64,000 bases of DNA. Source: Macrostomum lignano. Its lineage: Eukaryota. The notes below the pieces were generated by a model, which saw nothing but the letters and a program-made list of their open reading frames with translations, had not been told where the DNA came from and ran no database searches. Location: positions 620,001 to 684,000 of the forward strand of contig NIVC01000013.1 in NCBI GenBank assembly GCA_002269645.1, in the 5' to 3' direction. A program made the position numbers and the translations under genes. Positions within the stretch are counted from its first letter, which is position 1; the number at the start of each line of letters is the position of its first letter. Of the stretch, positions 12,351-22,153 are shown piece after piece.

Positions 12351-12974
12351 TTTCTAAATATTTATAGAAAGCAGCTGTGAAGTGAACTGCAGCAGTGGCC
12401 TTACAAGAGGCAAACTCTTCCCCTAACTAGCACTGCATTTTTTTCACCCCTGATTCTGCAAATCAGCTCGCCTCCACACCATACCCCTTTTCAGGCCCTG
12501 CCAGGCGTAGAATTTCAGAAAATTTTAGACTGTACAATCTTGGAGTCAAGCAGGGAAAAGTAATCGATATAGCTCAGTGTACGATAGAACATGAGGCGTG
12601 TAAAAGTGAGGGGTGAGACTTCTCTGTACAAATAGCATAGGGTGAGGAGGTGAGGAGCATAAAGGAGAAGCATGGTGGAAAGAGAAATTTTAGCCGAAAC
12701 CAGTGTGCTCAAGATTGTACACTTGTGTGGAGAGAAGAGAAGCGAAGGCCAGAAGGCCAATTTGCGATAAAATTTGGCCTCGCGCAAGGCCAGCTTGAAG
12801 AGGATTTTGGCCTCGAGTAAGACCAGATTGAAAAGGATTTTGGCCTTGTAGTTTACAGATGCACACTGTTAAGTGTCAGAGTGTCTTGTAACAATTAAGG
12901 GGAATTATATATTTTTAAACCAGTAGTGGCTTATTTTTTGGTTGTCTACTTTATCGCTCTCTCAACCCCCCCCC

Positions 12975-13145
12975 CCCTAGTGACCCAAAATGCACAAATA
13001 ATGCATTTTTAGTGGCCATTATAATCCATTATAATGGCATTAAATGGCACTATAATGGCATGTAAAAATGCTATTTAATTGCATTAATAATGCCATTAAA
13101 ATGTAATTTGAAAAAATGCATTTTTAGTGAACTTTAGTGGCCAGC
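12975..13145. repeat. CMC/EnSpm terminus (CCCTAG) with subterminal ATAATGGCATT / AAAATGCATTTT repeats (3' end of EnSpm element 1)
   Basis: Same CCCTAG start as 33014; clustered short repeats. Confidence 0.55.
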
Positions 13146-13681
13146 TTATACTTTTAATATTACTTGTACCATGTATATGATATGTACAGATCTCATCAGC
13201 TGCAAAAGTGTAGACCTTCAATTGCATTATTACCTAATACATGTGACCTGATTGCTTCGGCAGGATCTACATTGGGTATGAAGATATCCAATAAAACGAC
13301 TTGATATCGCAAAATCTATAATAGTTTTCGTAGCAATTTTGACGCGGTCGCCCAAAACCTACCAGCTGCTCTTCCACTCCACTAATACTGCTCCATATAC
13401 CCGTAAATAATAAAGAATTGTTGAAAACTGTTAAAAGTCATTTCGATAGAAAATAATAACAGAACATGAAACATTGGCGCCTTAGCAGACTAAATATATT
13501 AGCGACGTTAGCGTAGACTATAGGTGGATTCATTTTCTCACCAAAATTACAGCTCGTAGTACAATAAGAGCACTAAACTGCATTTGCGCACTAGACGGTA
13601 GATGGTGCTGATCAGTGTTGCCACTACAAAAAGCAATATTTTTGCAAGCTGAGAAAAAATTTGCAGACGACTCGGGGAATG

Positions 13682-13768
13682 GGTTCAGGGCGATTCTGAG
13701 GGCTGGTTCAGGGCGATTCTTAGAGCTGGTTCAGGGCGATTCTGAGGGCTGGTTCAGGGCGATTCTAA
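13682..13768 (+). repeat. 23-bp tandem repeat x4 (GGTTCAGGGCGATTCTGAGGGCT)
   Basis: Visible. Confidence 0.9.
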
Positions 13769-13879
13769 ATGCTACTTTGAGTTGATTTTAATCATTGCTG
13801 CAGCAGCAGTGGCAGCATTGGTCCTAATTTGCTCCCTGATCAAATTCACTGTCTGGAAAATATTGAATAATATGCTAAT

Positions 13880-14334
13880 TTAGTCGTGCTCGCACTCCTC
13901 CAGCAACGGTACAAGACAAAAACTGCCAGATGGAATATTTGAAAAGTTGACATTAACTCGAATGCATCTTGCGACAACATTGGTAAGACAAATACAGTCA
14001 AAATTTCCTTGAGTAGGCTTTGGATTCGCAAAAACAAACATATTTGAAAGCGGGATATGAGGTTGAAAAAAGGCTACAAAATTTGCTTGCTCGGATGAAG
14101 CAGCACCAATGTTGGTAAAATCTGGAACAGAAGAGAACAATAAGTCAATCAAACGATACTTTTGGGTTAGAAAAGAGCTAAATATTTTCTTTTCGGCAAA
14201 ATGATGGATGAAAAAAAATGAACCTGATACTGTCTGAACATATGAACTGCATGTTATCAAGTTACAATCTTCAGACGTCTGGGTTAGAATCTTGCCTCCA
14301 GTAGCACCTACGGTTCGATTTTCGCGCTCAGGAT
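13880..14334 (-). pseudogene. EnSpm/CMC-type transposase 1, C-terminus (left of the Polinton)
   Basis: Ends ...LEECEHD like the 36000-38297 transposase (...KSFEHD). Continues across the Polinton TSD from ...QYTDHPE. Confidence 0.75.
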
Positions 14335-14639
14335 AGTAGTATATACGATACAAAATTGCCAGCAAACCGTTCTCAGCATTCAATCAATTTAACCCTTTAT
14401 CAAGTTGAAACGAATCGTTTTTCACTCCATTATCGCTCGTCTTCACTCCGCTCAACTCGCTCCGCTCATCCTCGCTTCATTCCGCTCAAAAACGATTCGT
14501 TTCAACTTGTTAACGATCAATTCTCTTTGAATGCTGAGAATTCGCTCTCGTCGTTTGCTTTAGTTTGCTGGCAATTTTGTATCGTACTCAAACACACAAA
14601 CACACATTAACCCGCCGCCCACGCCGCAGGCGCCAAGGG
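14335..14639 (+). repeat. Polinton left TIR (305 bp) containing an internal ~243-bp palindrome
   Basis: Reverse complement of 32358-32664; I noticed one substitution and a 2-bp indel. Confidence 0.97.
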
Positions 14640-15212
14640 TCTTTTTCTGTTACTTAAAATTAACCGAGTTTACACCTTTTCAGTTAGTGATACTTTTGAG
14701 ACTGTTGCTAAAAATTCAGAGATTATAAAACAACATATTTTTAATAGAATAATTGATGAAGTTTATTTAAAATATGATGACAAAATAGAACTAAAACTTT
14801 ATCCGTTAGAGTTGGATGGTTTGTATGATCTAGAACAAGAGGGTGAGTTAATATTTCAACTTGGAGATTATTTAAATTCAGGCGATTGGGAGGTTCGTTC
14901 AGAAGATTCCGACTCAACAAATAGTTCATACGAAACCAGTGATTCGGAGAACGAAATTGAAATTTTTATGTAAAAAATGGAATTAGTTAACAGACCCTAC
15001 TTTTCAGTAACTGAATCAACCCAAACAATATTAATTTTTTTATTGAATCGAGTGCATTGAATAAAGGATGAAATACTCGATGAAGTATATATATTTCCAG
15101 ATATAAAGATATATCCGCTTGAAATTGGAGAATTAGATTATATTTGGGATAAGGGGGAGCAAAGTCTTCTTTTAGCACAATGTTTAAACTGCGAAAAAAT
15201 ATTTAAAAAATG
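14640..15212 (+). pseudogene. Two tandem small acidic paralogous ORFs (first lacks its start; second has an in-frame stop)
   Basis: IIDEVYLKYDDKIELKLYPLELDGL versus ILDEVYIFPDIKIYPLEIGEL. Confidence 0.5.
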
Positions 15213-15367
15213 AACTATTACTCTGTAACAGAAACAACATTTATTGTGAAAAATATAACTAAAAAATGAAGGTAAATCGCCCCTTAAGTAATTATTATTT
15301 AAAATTTATTCTTAAAAATGGATATAAGCAAGTCTGATACAGCACACATTTTTATTTTCTAATTTAT

Positions 15368-15628
15368 TTGTTATCTATAGGCTATCGAATTATTCGTTTA
15401 TATCAAATAACGGATATTATAAAACAACAAAATAATACATTGGATAAGACAAAAATAGAAACAGAGATGACAATGTTAATAGTAATAATATCAATTGCAA
15501 CTATAATATTAATAATAATTTCATTACTTTTCTATATTATATGTATCTGTCCCAACAGGTGTTGTAAACGAAAAGAAGAACAACAAGAGCTCCCACAACA
15601 CGACCCTCTAGATTCACTAAAAGTCTAA
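15368..15628 (+). CDS. Small single-pass membrane protein with a Cys-rich/basic juxtamembrane tail
   Basis: MLIVIISIATIILIIISLLFYII followed by CICPNRCCKRK; real start probably the ATG near 15468. Confidence 0.6.
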   Translation: MLSIGYRIIRLYQITDIIKQQNNTLDKTKIETEMTMLIVIISIATIILIIISLLFYIICICPNRCCKRKEEQQELPQHDPLDSLKV

Positions 15629-15629
15629 A

Positions 15630-17226
15630 TTAAACTAACATTATCTGGTTCTCATAAAACGAACCGAATGTTTCTTCACCATCCTTATCAGCAATGATTA
15701 GGTTGTAGGATTTGTAATTAAAACTTTACTAATAGTAAATTTCTCACTTATTTTCCAATATCCTTTTCTTCCCTTTTCAAACTTATCTTTCCATTTATAG
15801 ATATAAACAGAATCACCAACTTTAAAAGGTTTCTTTTTATTTTTTCAAAGTCCCCGAAGGTAACTTTAACGTTTTCAGGATTGTTATAAGCTTGTTGAGG
15901 AGTCATCATTATAGCAGAATGATATGAATTATTATAATCTTTCACGATGGCTGGTAAAATTTTACCCACTTTTGGTTACCATTCAGACTAAACTGAAACC
16001 ATAATTTCTTACCTAAAGTTCGATTAAATCTTTCTATTAATGCGTTTTTGCTTTCTCCATAAATAGAATAAATTTTATTAATATACTCCCCATTCACGTC
16101 CTTCATCCTTTCTTTTCCTTTTTAAAAATGATATAATTTATACATATGAGGATTGTAAAATTCTTTTCCTTCATCAACACACAACCTTTCACTTTTTTCT
16201 CCAATGCTTCTAAAAGCAGCAGCAACTTCTCCTTTTTTGGATTTTAAAGGAACAGCCCACGCATATCGAGTAAAACCATCTAATATGGTTAAAATATATT
16301 TATATCCTCTTTCGTTTGGCATTGACATTAAATCAGCATACCAAATTTCATTCTTTTTGAAGTTCATGATTTTTCTATAAAATTTAGGCTTTCGGTATTC
16401 TTTATGAAGAACCTTTGTCTCATCAGAACTTAATCCGCTACCACTTAACAACAAACACTCAACACAATTATTTCCATGTTGGTTGTAATTAATTCCCAAA
16501 CCAAATTTAACTTTAGACTGCAGAATCTTTTTAACCATCCACCGAGTTAATCTCTGGCTTACCGATAATCCCTGTAGATTATCTAATCCTTGAATCATTT
16601 TTCTATCGGCTTCATGTTTTAATCGTAATGCTTCCTCGGGGGAGTTCTTATCAGCATCTGTGTATGCTAAGTCATGATAATATGCTAACCAATCAATACC
16701 ATTAATGGGGATTGAATCAGCTTTTGGAGTATTGTCAGGATTTAATCTTAAATCCAGTCTAGTACCGGGTAGTTTACCCTCAATCTTTCGAAAGAGGCTG
16801 GAGCACACCATAAGCGGTTAAATTACCACCCACCTCCGTCTGCTCTCTGAACCTTCTCCTTATACTTTTATACTTAGGAGCTTGGCTGCGCATTGCCACC
16901 GTGTCTTCAAGCTTGTTACCATTAGAAGAGGAGTTACCTCTGTTCCTTCAAAAGATTTCTCACTTGAAGTGGTACTTGAAGCTGTATGACGGGTTTCACG
17001 CAATTTGAAGATGTCGCCACAAATAGTGACTAGCAGTAGCTTTGCTTCTACCACTCAGGCCACGGGTTAACTTACAAACGAGTACCCAGGAATGTGTAAT
17101 TCATTTGTATATTTCCCACTAGAAAAAAATACTCGGTAAGCTTGTTAATCCTTTTTGAACATCCAACAATCCACCTTCATACACGATCGACCCAAAGGGT
17201 CGCGAACTTCGTTCGAGTTGGTTCAT
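15630..17226 (-). pseudogene. Parvovirus-type phospholipase A2 fused to retroviral-like (RVE) integrase; interrupted by a ~300-bp insertion and C-terminal frameshifts
   Basis: LHIPGYSFV|PGTRLDLRL...PINGIDWLAYYHDLAY...HEAD (PLA2); WYADL...YILTILDGFTRYAWAVPLKSK...VDEGKEF (DDE); GSFYENQI C-terminus. Confidence 0.9.
16771..17070 (-). mobile_element. ~300-bp insertion, probably a tRNA-derived SINE
   Basis: GC-richer block splitting GYSFV from PGT. 5' A-box-like GTGGCCTGAGTGGTAGAAGC and a weak B-box-like CTTCAAATT. Confidence 0.5.
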
Positions 17227-17710
17227 TTTTAATGTTTAAAAAACACGTTTCTATCAATTTAATAATTTCTAAATATTGATCACGATATAAAAAATTTAAA
17301 GCAAATTCCCCAGTTAACAAGGTAACACCATTATCAAATTCTTTTTGTATTGGGTTTTTAGTAGTATTATTAATGCAAATATAATATAAATCAAATTCGG
17401 GATTAACATATTTAAATTCTAATAACTTTTGAATATTTCTAAATCGACTTGATGAATTATCTGTATTATCAGAAGATTTCAACTCTAACACAATTTTTCT
17501 TTCGGTATGAATTAAATCAATTTTCTTTATTTTTTCAAAACCAAAATGTTTAATAGCTAATAATTCATAAAGAGATCCAAGCCTCATTTGAATTGTTTTA
17601 ATACGATTTGAAATTATTAATTCATCTTGAAATATTTTATTTAGTATTCTGTCAGAACCGACTTTATCATAAATAGATTTACAAAGACAATCTTTTATCG
17701 TATTTTCCAT
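17177..17710 (-). CDS. PD-(D/E)xK nuclease resembling Eco47II/Sau96I-family type II restriction endonucleases
   Basis: KTIQMRLGSLYE...IDL-x(9)-ELKSSDNTDNSSS...IQKL matches my recollection of the Eco47II-family pattern K.lqn.iG..he...D...ElK...NT.Nsss...KL. Intact 177-aa ORF. Confidence 0.75.
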   Translation of the reverse strand: MENTIKDCLCKSIYDKVGSDRILNKIFQDELIISNRIKTIQMRLGSLYELLAIKHFGFEKIKKIDLIHTERKIVLELKSSDNTDNSSSRFRNIQKLLEFKYVNPEFDLYYICINNTTKNPIQKEFDNGVTLLTGEFALNFLYRDQYLEIIKLIETCFLNIKNEPTRTKFATLWVDRV

Positions 17711-17729
17711 TTTTTAAAAATAAATTTAA

Positions 17730-18395
17730 CTAAATACCGGTATGTCCAGCAGCTTTTGCAGCGGCTAGAACTAGTTTTCTAGGAGTTTTAAATCCTTCGC
17801 CAACAGTCCGCTTGTTATTTATTGATTGAACAATTCTTTTATACAAACTAGTGGTTTTAACAGATCCTACTCCCATCTCATCATAAAAATTTCTAGCACT
17901 TACTAATTCGTCCCTAGTATATAAATCGGCATTAAACTTTACCTTAGGATTCATAATAATATTATATGCTCCACCCAATTCTCTATATAGGTCATTTCGA
18001 TTTTTATCAACCCCACCAATTCGATAATTATCACCACCTAACTCTGTCACAACAATACTTCGCGGCACAGCTCTCGGATATTCTTCACGATTACCCCGCT
18101 CTTCAGCCCGAATCTCTGCAGCTCTCAATTGTGCTTGATCAACATCATAAGCAGGCGGCTCATCTTCCTCCTCTTTTGGCTCCGTATTTTTGGCAATTTT
18201 TTCAAGAAGGTCTTTATCTGTTTTTTCTAGTTCACTAATTTTCCCCGTAATCGGATTAACAAAAGGAGCAGCAAATTTCTCACCAGCTAACTGTATTCCT
18301 AACTTTCTTTTTTGTAAATTTCTAACAAAATCAGAATATCTTTGATTCTCTTTATAAATCGCTAACTCTTCATCAACATCCATAAATTGACTCAT
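17730..18395 (-). CDS. Polinton hypothetical (putative core) protein, 221 aa
   Basis: Intact ORF; C-terminal VGEGF...LVLAAAKAAGH resembles Polinton core-protein tails. Confidence 0.6.
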   Translation of the reverse strand: MSQFMDVDEELAIYKENQRYSDFVRNLQKRKLGIQLAGEKFAAPFVNPITGKISELEKTDKDLLEKIAKNTEPKEEEDEPPAYDVDQAQLRAAEIRAEERGNREEYPRAVPRSIVVTELGGDNYRIGGVDKNRNDLYRELGGAYNIIMNPKVKFNADLYTRDELVSARNFYDEMGVGSVKTTSLYKRIVQSINNKRTVGEGFKTPRKLVLAAAKAAGHTGI

Positions 18396-18429
18396 TTTTT
18401 AACATAAAAAACTTTTTTAACTTAAAAAA

Positions 18430-19910
18430 ATGGCTGAAACAAAAACCATATGAAGTGATAAATTTCATTTCAAAAAGTATCGTCAGTATATTAATGAGGT
18501 CAGGAAAAGAGATTTAAATTTTACTCAACCAACAAGCGATAATTCAAACAATTTTACTAAGGGAACCCTAACTTTGGACATTGGTGCAACCAATACCATA
18601 TTGGATTTGAAAAACGCATTTTTCCGCGTTAGGTGGTTGTATACTAGAAATGATGGAACGGCACTTACAGCCCCAGATATCGCAGATCGTTCTGGTATTA
18701 TTATAGAAAATGATTGGTTTTATAAATGTTTTTCCCAAGCCCAACTAACAGTTAATGGAGCCGAGGTTGAGACAGCATCAAACCCAGCAGAGATTAATGG
18801 AGTTTTGAAACATTTAAATTATACTTATTTATCAAAACAAGTTGGTGATAGTGTTGGATGGATGCCGGATAAGGGTAATGGTCAAGCAGTAGTTTTCCCT
18901 AACATACAAAACGTAGCTGGCGCAGATACCGCAGCTCTATTGCTTATCTTAATACCAATATAGTTCCAGTTGTAACTACCATGACTAACACAAAAGATAT
19001 GAACACCGGTTTTATAGATCGTCAGAATAAATTCCCAGTCGCGGTTTTAACCACAGCAACAGCATATGAGCAGGACTTTTCAATCTTCCCACTATTTGGG
19101 TTCTTCTCACCAAATCGGGTATGGAAAGGATTAAAATTTGGGATACAGTTGCAAATATCTGGTGGATATCAGCCTAGGATACTTTATGGAAATTCGATTT
19201 CAACCGATATAGCAGTTCGCATAGCTTCAATTCAATTTGGCGTACCAACTATTGAGGTAACAGCTCCGCTTTTAAAACACATCAATGATCAGTTATTGGT
19301 AGATCAGGAAGTATTTTATTTGAATCGCCATCACTTTATGCGAACTATTAATAACAATCAGGATTTTTTCCAGTGGCAGATAATGCCAACAAGCCGTCAA
19401 GTGAGATATATTTTTGTTTGGTTTAAGATAACAAATAGAAGGAGTAAAAGAGCAAATGGAGATTTATATTGGCTTCAATCGGGCGACGTAGCAGCACAAG
19501 CAGCCACCGCAACTGACAACGCGGTTTCGGCGATTAACGAGTTTAATATCCAGGATATCCGCCTGCAGGTTGATGATCAACATTATCCCGTTGCAAGACC
19601 TCTTAATCTAAACACAGCAAATAATAATGTTAATGATTTTATAAAATATTATCAGGATTATGTCAAAAATGAGGCGTACGCCGTTCCTCAATATACTCCT
19701 ACAGAGTTTCTAAACATTCACCCAGTAGTTGTTTTTGATCTAACCGCACAGAAAGAAAATGTAGCCAGCGTTGGTTTGAATTATATGTTGGAGATTAATA
19801 AAACCGGAAATCAGGGAGTAGATGCCCACGTATTGTTTCTAGAGGAGTTTATGTCAATTGCTAAAGCCGACGGCACCGTTGTTAAGGACGCCCCCGTAGA
19901 TAAAGATTAG
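18430..19910 (+). pseudogene. Major capsid protein (double jelly-roll, hexon-like); TGA at codon 8 and one frameshift near 18945
   Basis: DLKNAFFRV, AQLTVNGAEVE, VRYIFVWF, IRLQVDDQHYP, PVVVFDLT; lies directly upstream of the ATPase and penton. Confidence 0.9.
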
Positions 19911-19929
19911 TTAAATTATTTCCTTAAAA

Positions 19930-20691
19930 ATGGTAAAAGCAAAACACAATAAGATATTTCCAAATGATCCTTTTCTTTGTTTAGTAATTGGTGGGTCGGG
20001 TAAAGGAAAAACACACTTTGTTTATGACCTGTTAACAACCGATGGAATGTTAGACTATAATAATTTAATAATTTATACTAGCAGACCACGAATTAAATAT
20101 TATGAATTTCTTAAACATGGATTAAAAAACAAATTAAAAAAAGATATCTTGTTTAGAATGTTAAGAGCATATGAGCAATATGAGGATGACGACGAACCAA
20201 AATTTACACTCGATGACATTGAGGATTTATGTAAAACAACGACATGCGGACAAAGTCCGATATCCGAACGCTCCCCAACCGTTAAAATATCAACCCGATT
20301 ATCCTATGATCAAATTCCAAAACATGATAAAACACTAATTATTTTTGACGATTGTATTAACGACAGAGATCAAGAATTGCAAAAAGATATTTTTGTTAGT
20401 GGTAGAGGAGATAGAATTGGCGCGTTTTATCTAACACAGTCCTTTAAAGAATTACATTCGATTATAAAAACGAATGCAACTTGTTGTGTAATGTTTGATT
20501 TAGATAACTATGATCTACAAAACATACATGCGAGATTTAATCCAGGGTTGGATGCAAAACCATTCAAAAGCATGTGTAAAAAAATTTGGGATGATAGTCA
20601 ATATAAACATATATATATCAACCCCAGGTTAGAAAGGAAACACCGGATCTTAACAAATCTGATAAAAGAAGATAATGATGATGAGGATTAA
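19930..20691 (+). CDS. A32/FtsK-like DNA packaging ATPase
   Basis: Walker A GGSGKGKT, Walker B LIIFDD, GRG...YLTQ; intact 253 aa. Confidence 0.95.
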   Translation: MVKAKHNKIFPNDPFLCLVIGGSGKGKTHFVYDLLTTDGMLDYNNLIIYTSRPRIKYYEFLKHGLKNKLKKDILFRMLRAYEQYEDDDEPKFTLDDIEDLCKTTTCGQSPISERSPTVKISTRLSYDQIPKHDKTLIIFDDCINDRDQELQKDIFVSGRGDRIGAFYLTQSFKELHSIIKTNATCCVMFDLDNYDLQNIHARFNPGLDAKPFKSMCKKIWDDSQYKHIYINPRLERKHRILTNLIKEDNDDED

Positions 20692-20709
20692 AGCTTTCCC
20701 ACTATAAAA

Positions 20710-21511
20710 ATGGCTACAAATTTGGATACTATAAAACGATTGGTAGATCGAACCAATTCAAAGTTTAGTACAACATTACAGTTTATAATGACAAGTAGTG
20801 AGCAACGGATTCAATTGCGCGATCCGTTACAACTCGATCAAAGCCTAAGTTATCAAATTAAATTGATACTATTTTCGGTTTTTAACATGCCTTTAAAATG
20901 CAACAAATAATCAATTTAGATATTCTAAAGATTCTGGAGCAAATTGGACAACATTTAGTGTTAACCCAGGAGCTTATAGCTATACCGATTTGAATGCTTA
21001 TATAGAGGGAGAATTAACAGCTAATGGTGATTGGGTAGCAGGCGCGATTGTTATAGGGGTTGATTTACCATCTGGCAGATTTACACTATCACTAGGATCT
21101 GGATATCAGGTTGATTTCACAATTGCAAATTCACTCAGAACCATACTAGGATTTAATTCCCGAATAGTTACCACATCAAGCACCGGCGATACGGTGGGAA
21201 ACATTGAGGGTGAAGTCAATACAATTAATATAACAACCGACATTTCAAACGGTGGTTATATAACAGATGATAACGGAGTTTTGGTTCAACGAGGCATCAT
21301 TTATTCAATTCCCTTTCTTGCTGTTCCAATTGGAGAGAAAATGATTGTTTCACCCCAAACCCCAATATATTATCCTTTAAATCAATATAGTGTTCAATCA
21401 ATTTATATTAGGATCGTAGATGAAAGCGATAGGTTAATAAGTTTTGGCGGACAATCAATAACAGTAATTTTAAGAATAAAACAAGTTAAATTATATAGTA
21501 AAAATGGGTAA
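20710..21511 (+). pseudogene. Penton/minor capsid protein (single jelly-roll), frameshift near 20895
   Basis: NNQFRY...PGAYSYTDLNAYI, LRTILGF, PIYYPL...IRIVDESDRLISFGG. Confidence 0.9.
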
Positions 21512-21707
21512 CCAATCTGAAGGAATGCGGACAAAAGCCGCCTACATCGCTATAAAAAAACAAACGGATAAAGTTCAAAATGCAAAGGATAATTATGATA
21601 TCGAACTAACAAAATTGAAACAAATTCAAGCAGAAAAAGTAAGAAAGGAGTTGTTAAAACCCGCGGCTACGAAACTAACTAAAACCAAGAGTTTTTCAGG
21701 AACATAA
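21504..21707 (+). CDS. Small basic helical protein (67 aa)
   Basis: ORF fits exactly between the penton and protease genes. Confidence 0.55.
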   Translation: MGNQSEGMRTKAAYIAIKKQTDKVQNAKDNYDIELTKLKQIQAEKVRKELLKPAATKLTKTKSFSGT

Positions 21708-21708
21708 A

Positions 21709-22084
21709 ATGGCATTAACGTGGGACTCATTCAAACAAAGATATGGAACTGACACAACAAGCAATATCGAATTAACCAATTGGGCGAGGCAATTAAAAAT
21801 AAAACTAATAAGATGCGTTATGCGGGATGAGATCAAAGACTTACCAAGATATAGATCTTACATTGTCAATATTGAAACGACAAAAGAAAACGGCGTTCAT
21901 TGGTCAGCAGTTTATTCAAAACCCAAACTTGTTTATTTTTTTGATTCATGCATTACCTCCGCTACAGGAAATAAAAGACAAATTTAATCATACTAAAAAC
22001 CGATTATGTGGAGATTATCACGAACAGTTTCAAACATTTGACAAAATTTATTGTGGACAAGCAGCGTTATATTTTTTTATATAA
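21709..22084 (+). pseudogene. Adenain-like maturation cysteine protease, frameshift near 21950
   Basis: GVHWSAV (His), YFFDS (Asp), QTFDKIYCG (Gln/Cys). Confidence 0.92.
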
Positions 22085-22153
22085 AATTAACAACTCGAAG
22101 GAAAGACCTGAAGACTTTAAGACGATTTTAGACTATAAAATAGGCAGTAAAAA

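Noticed and set aside
14356-14610. Identical ORFs at 14356-14610 and 32347-32643
   Set aside because: They are translations of the palindromic TIRs, not genes.
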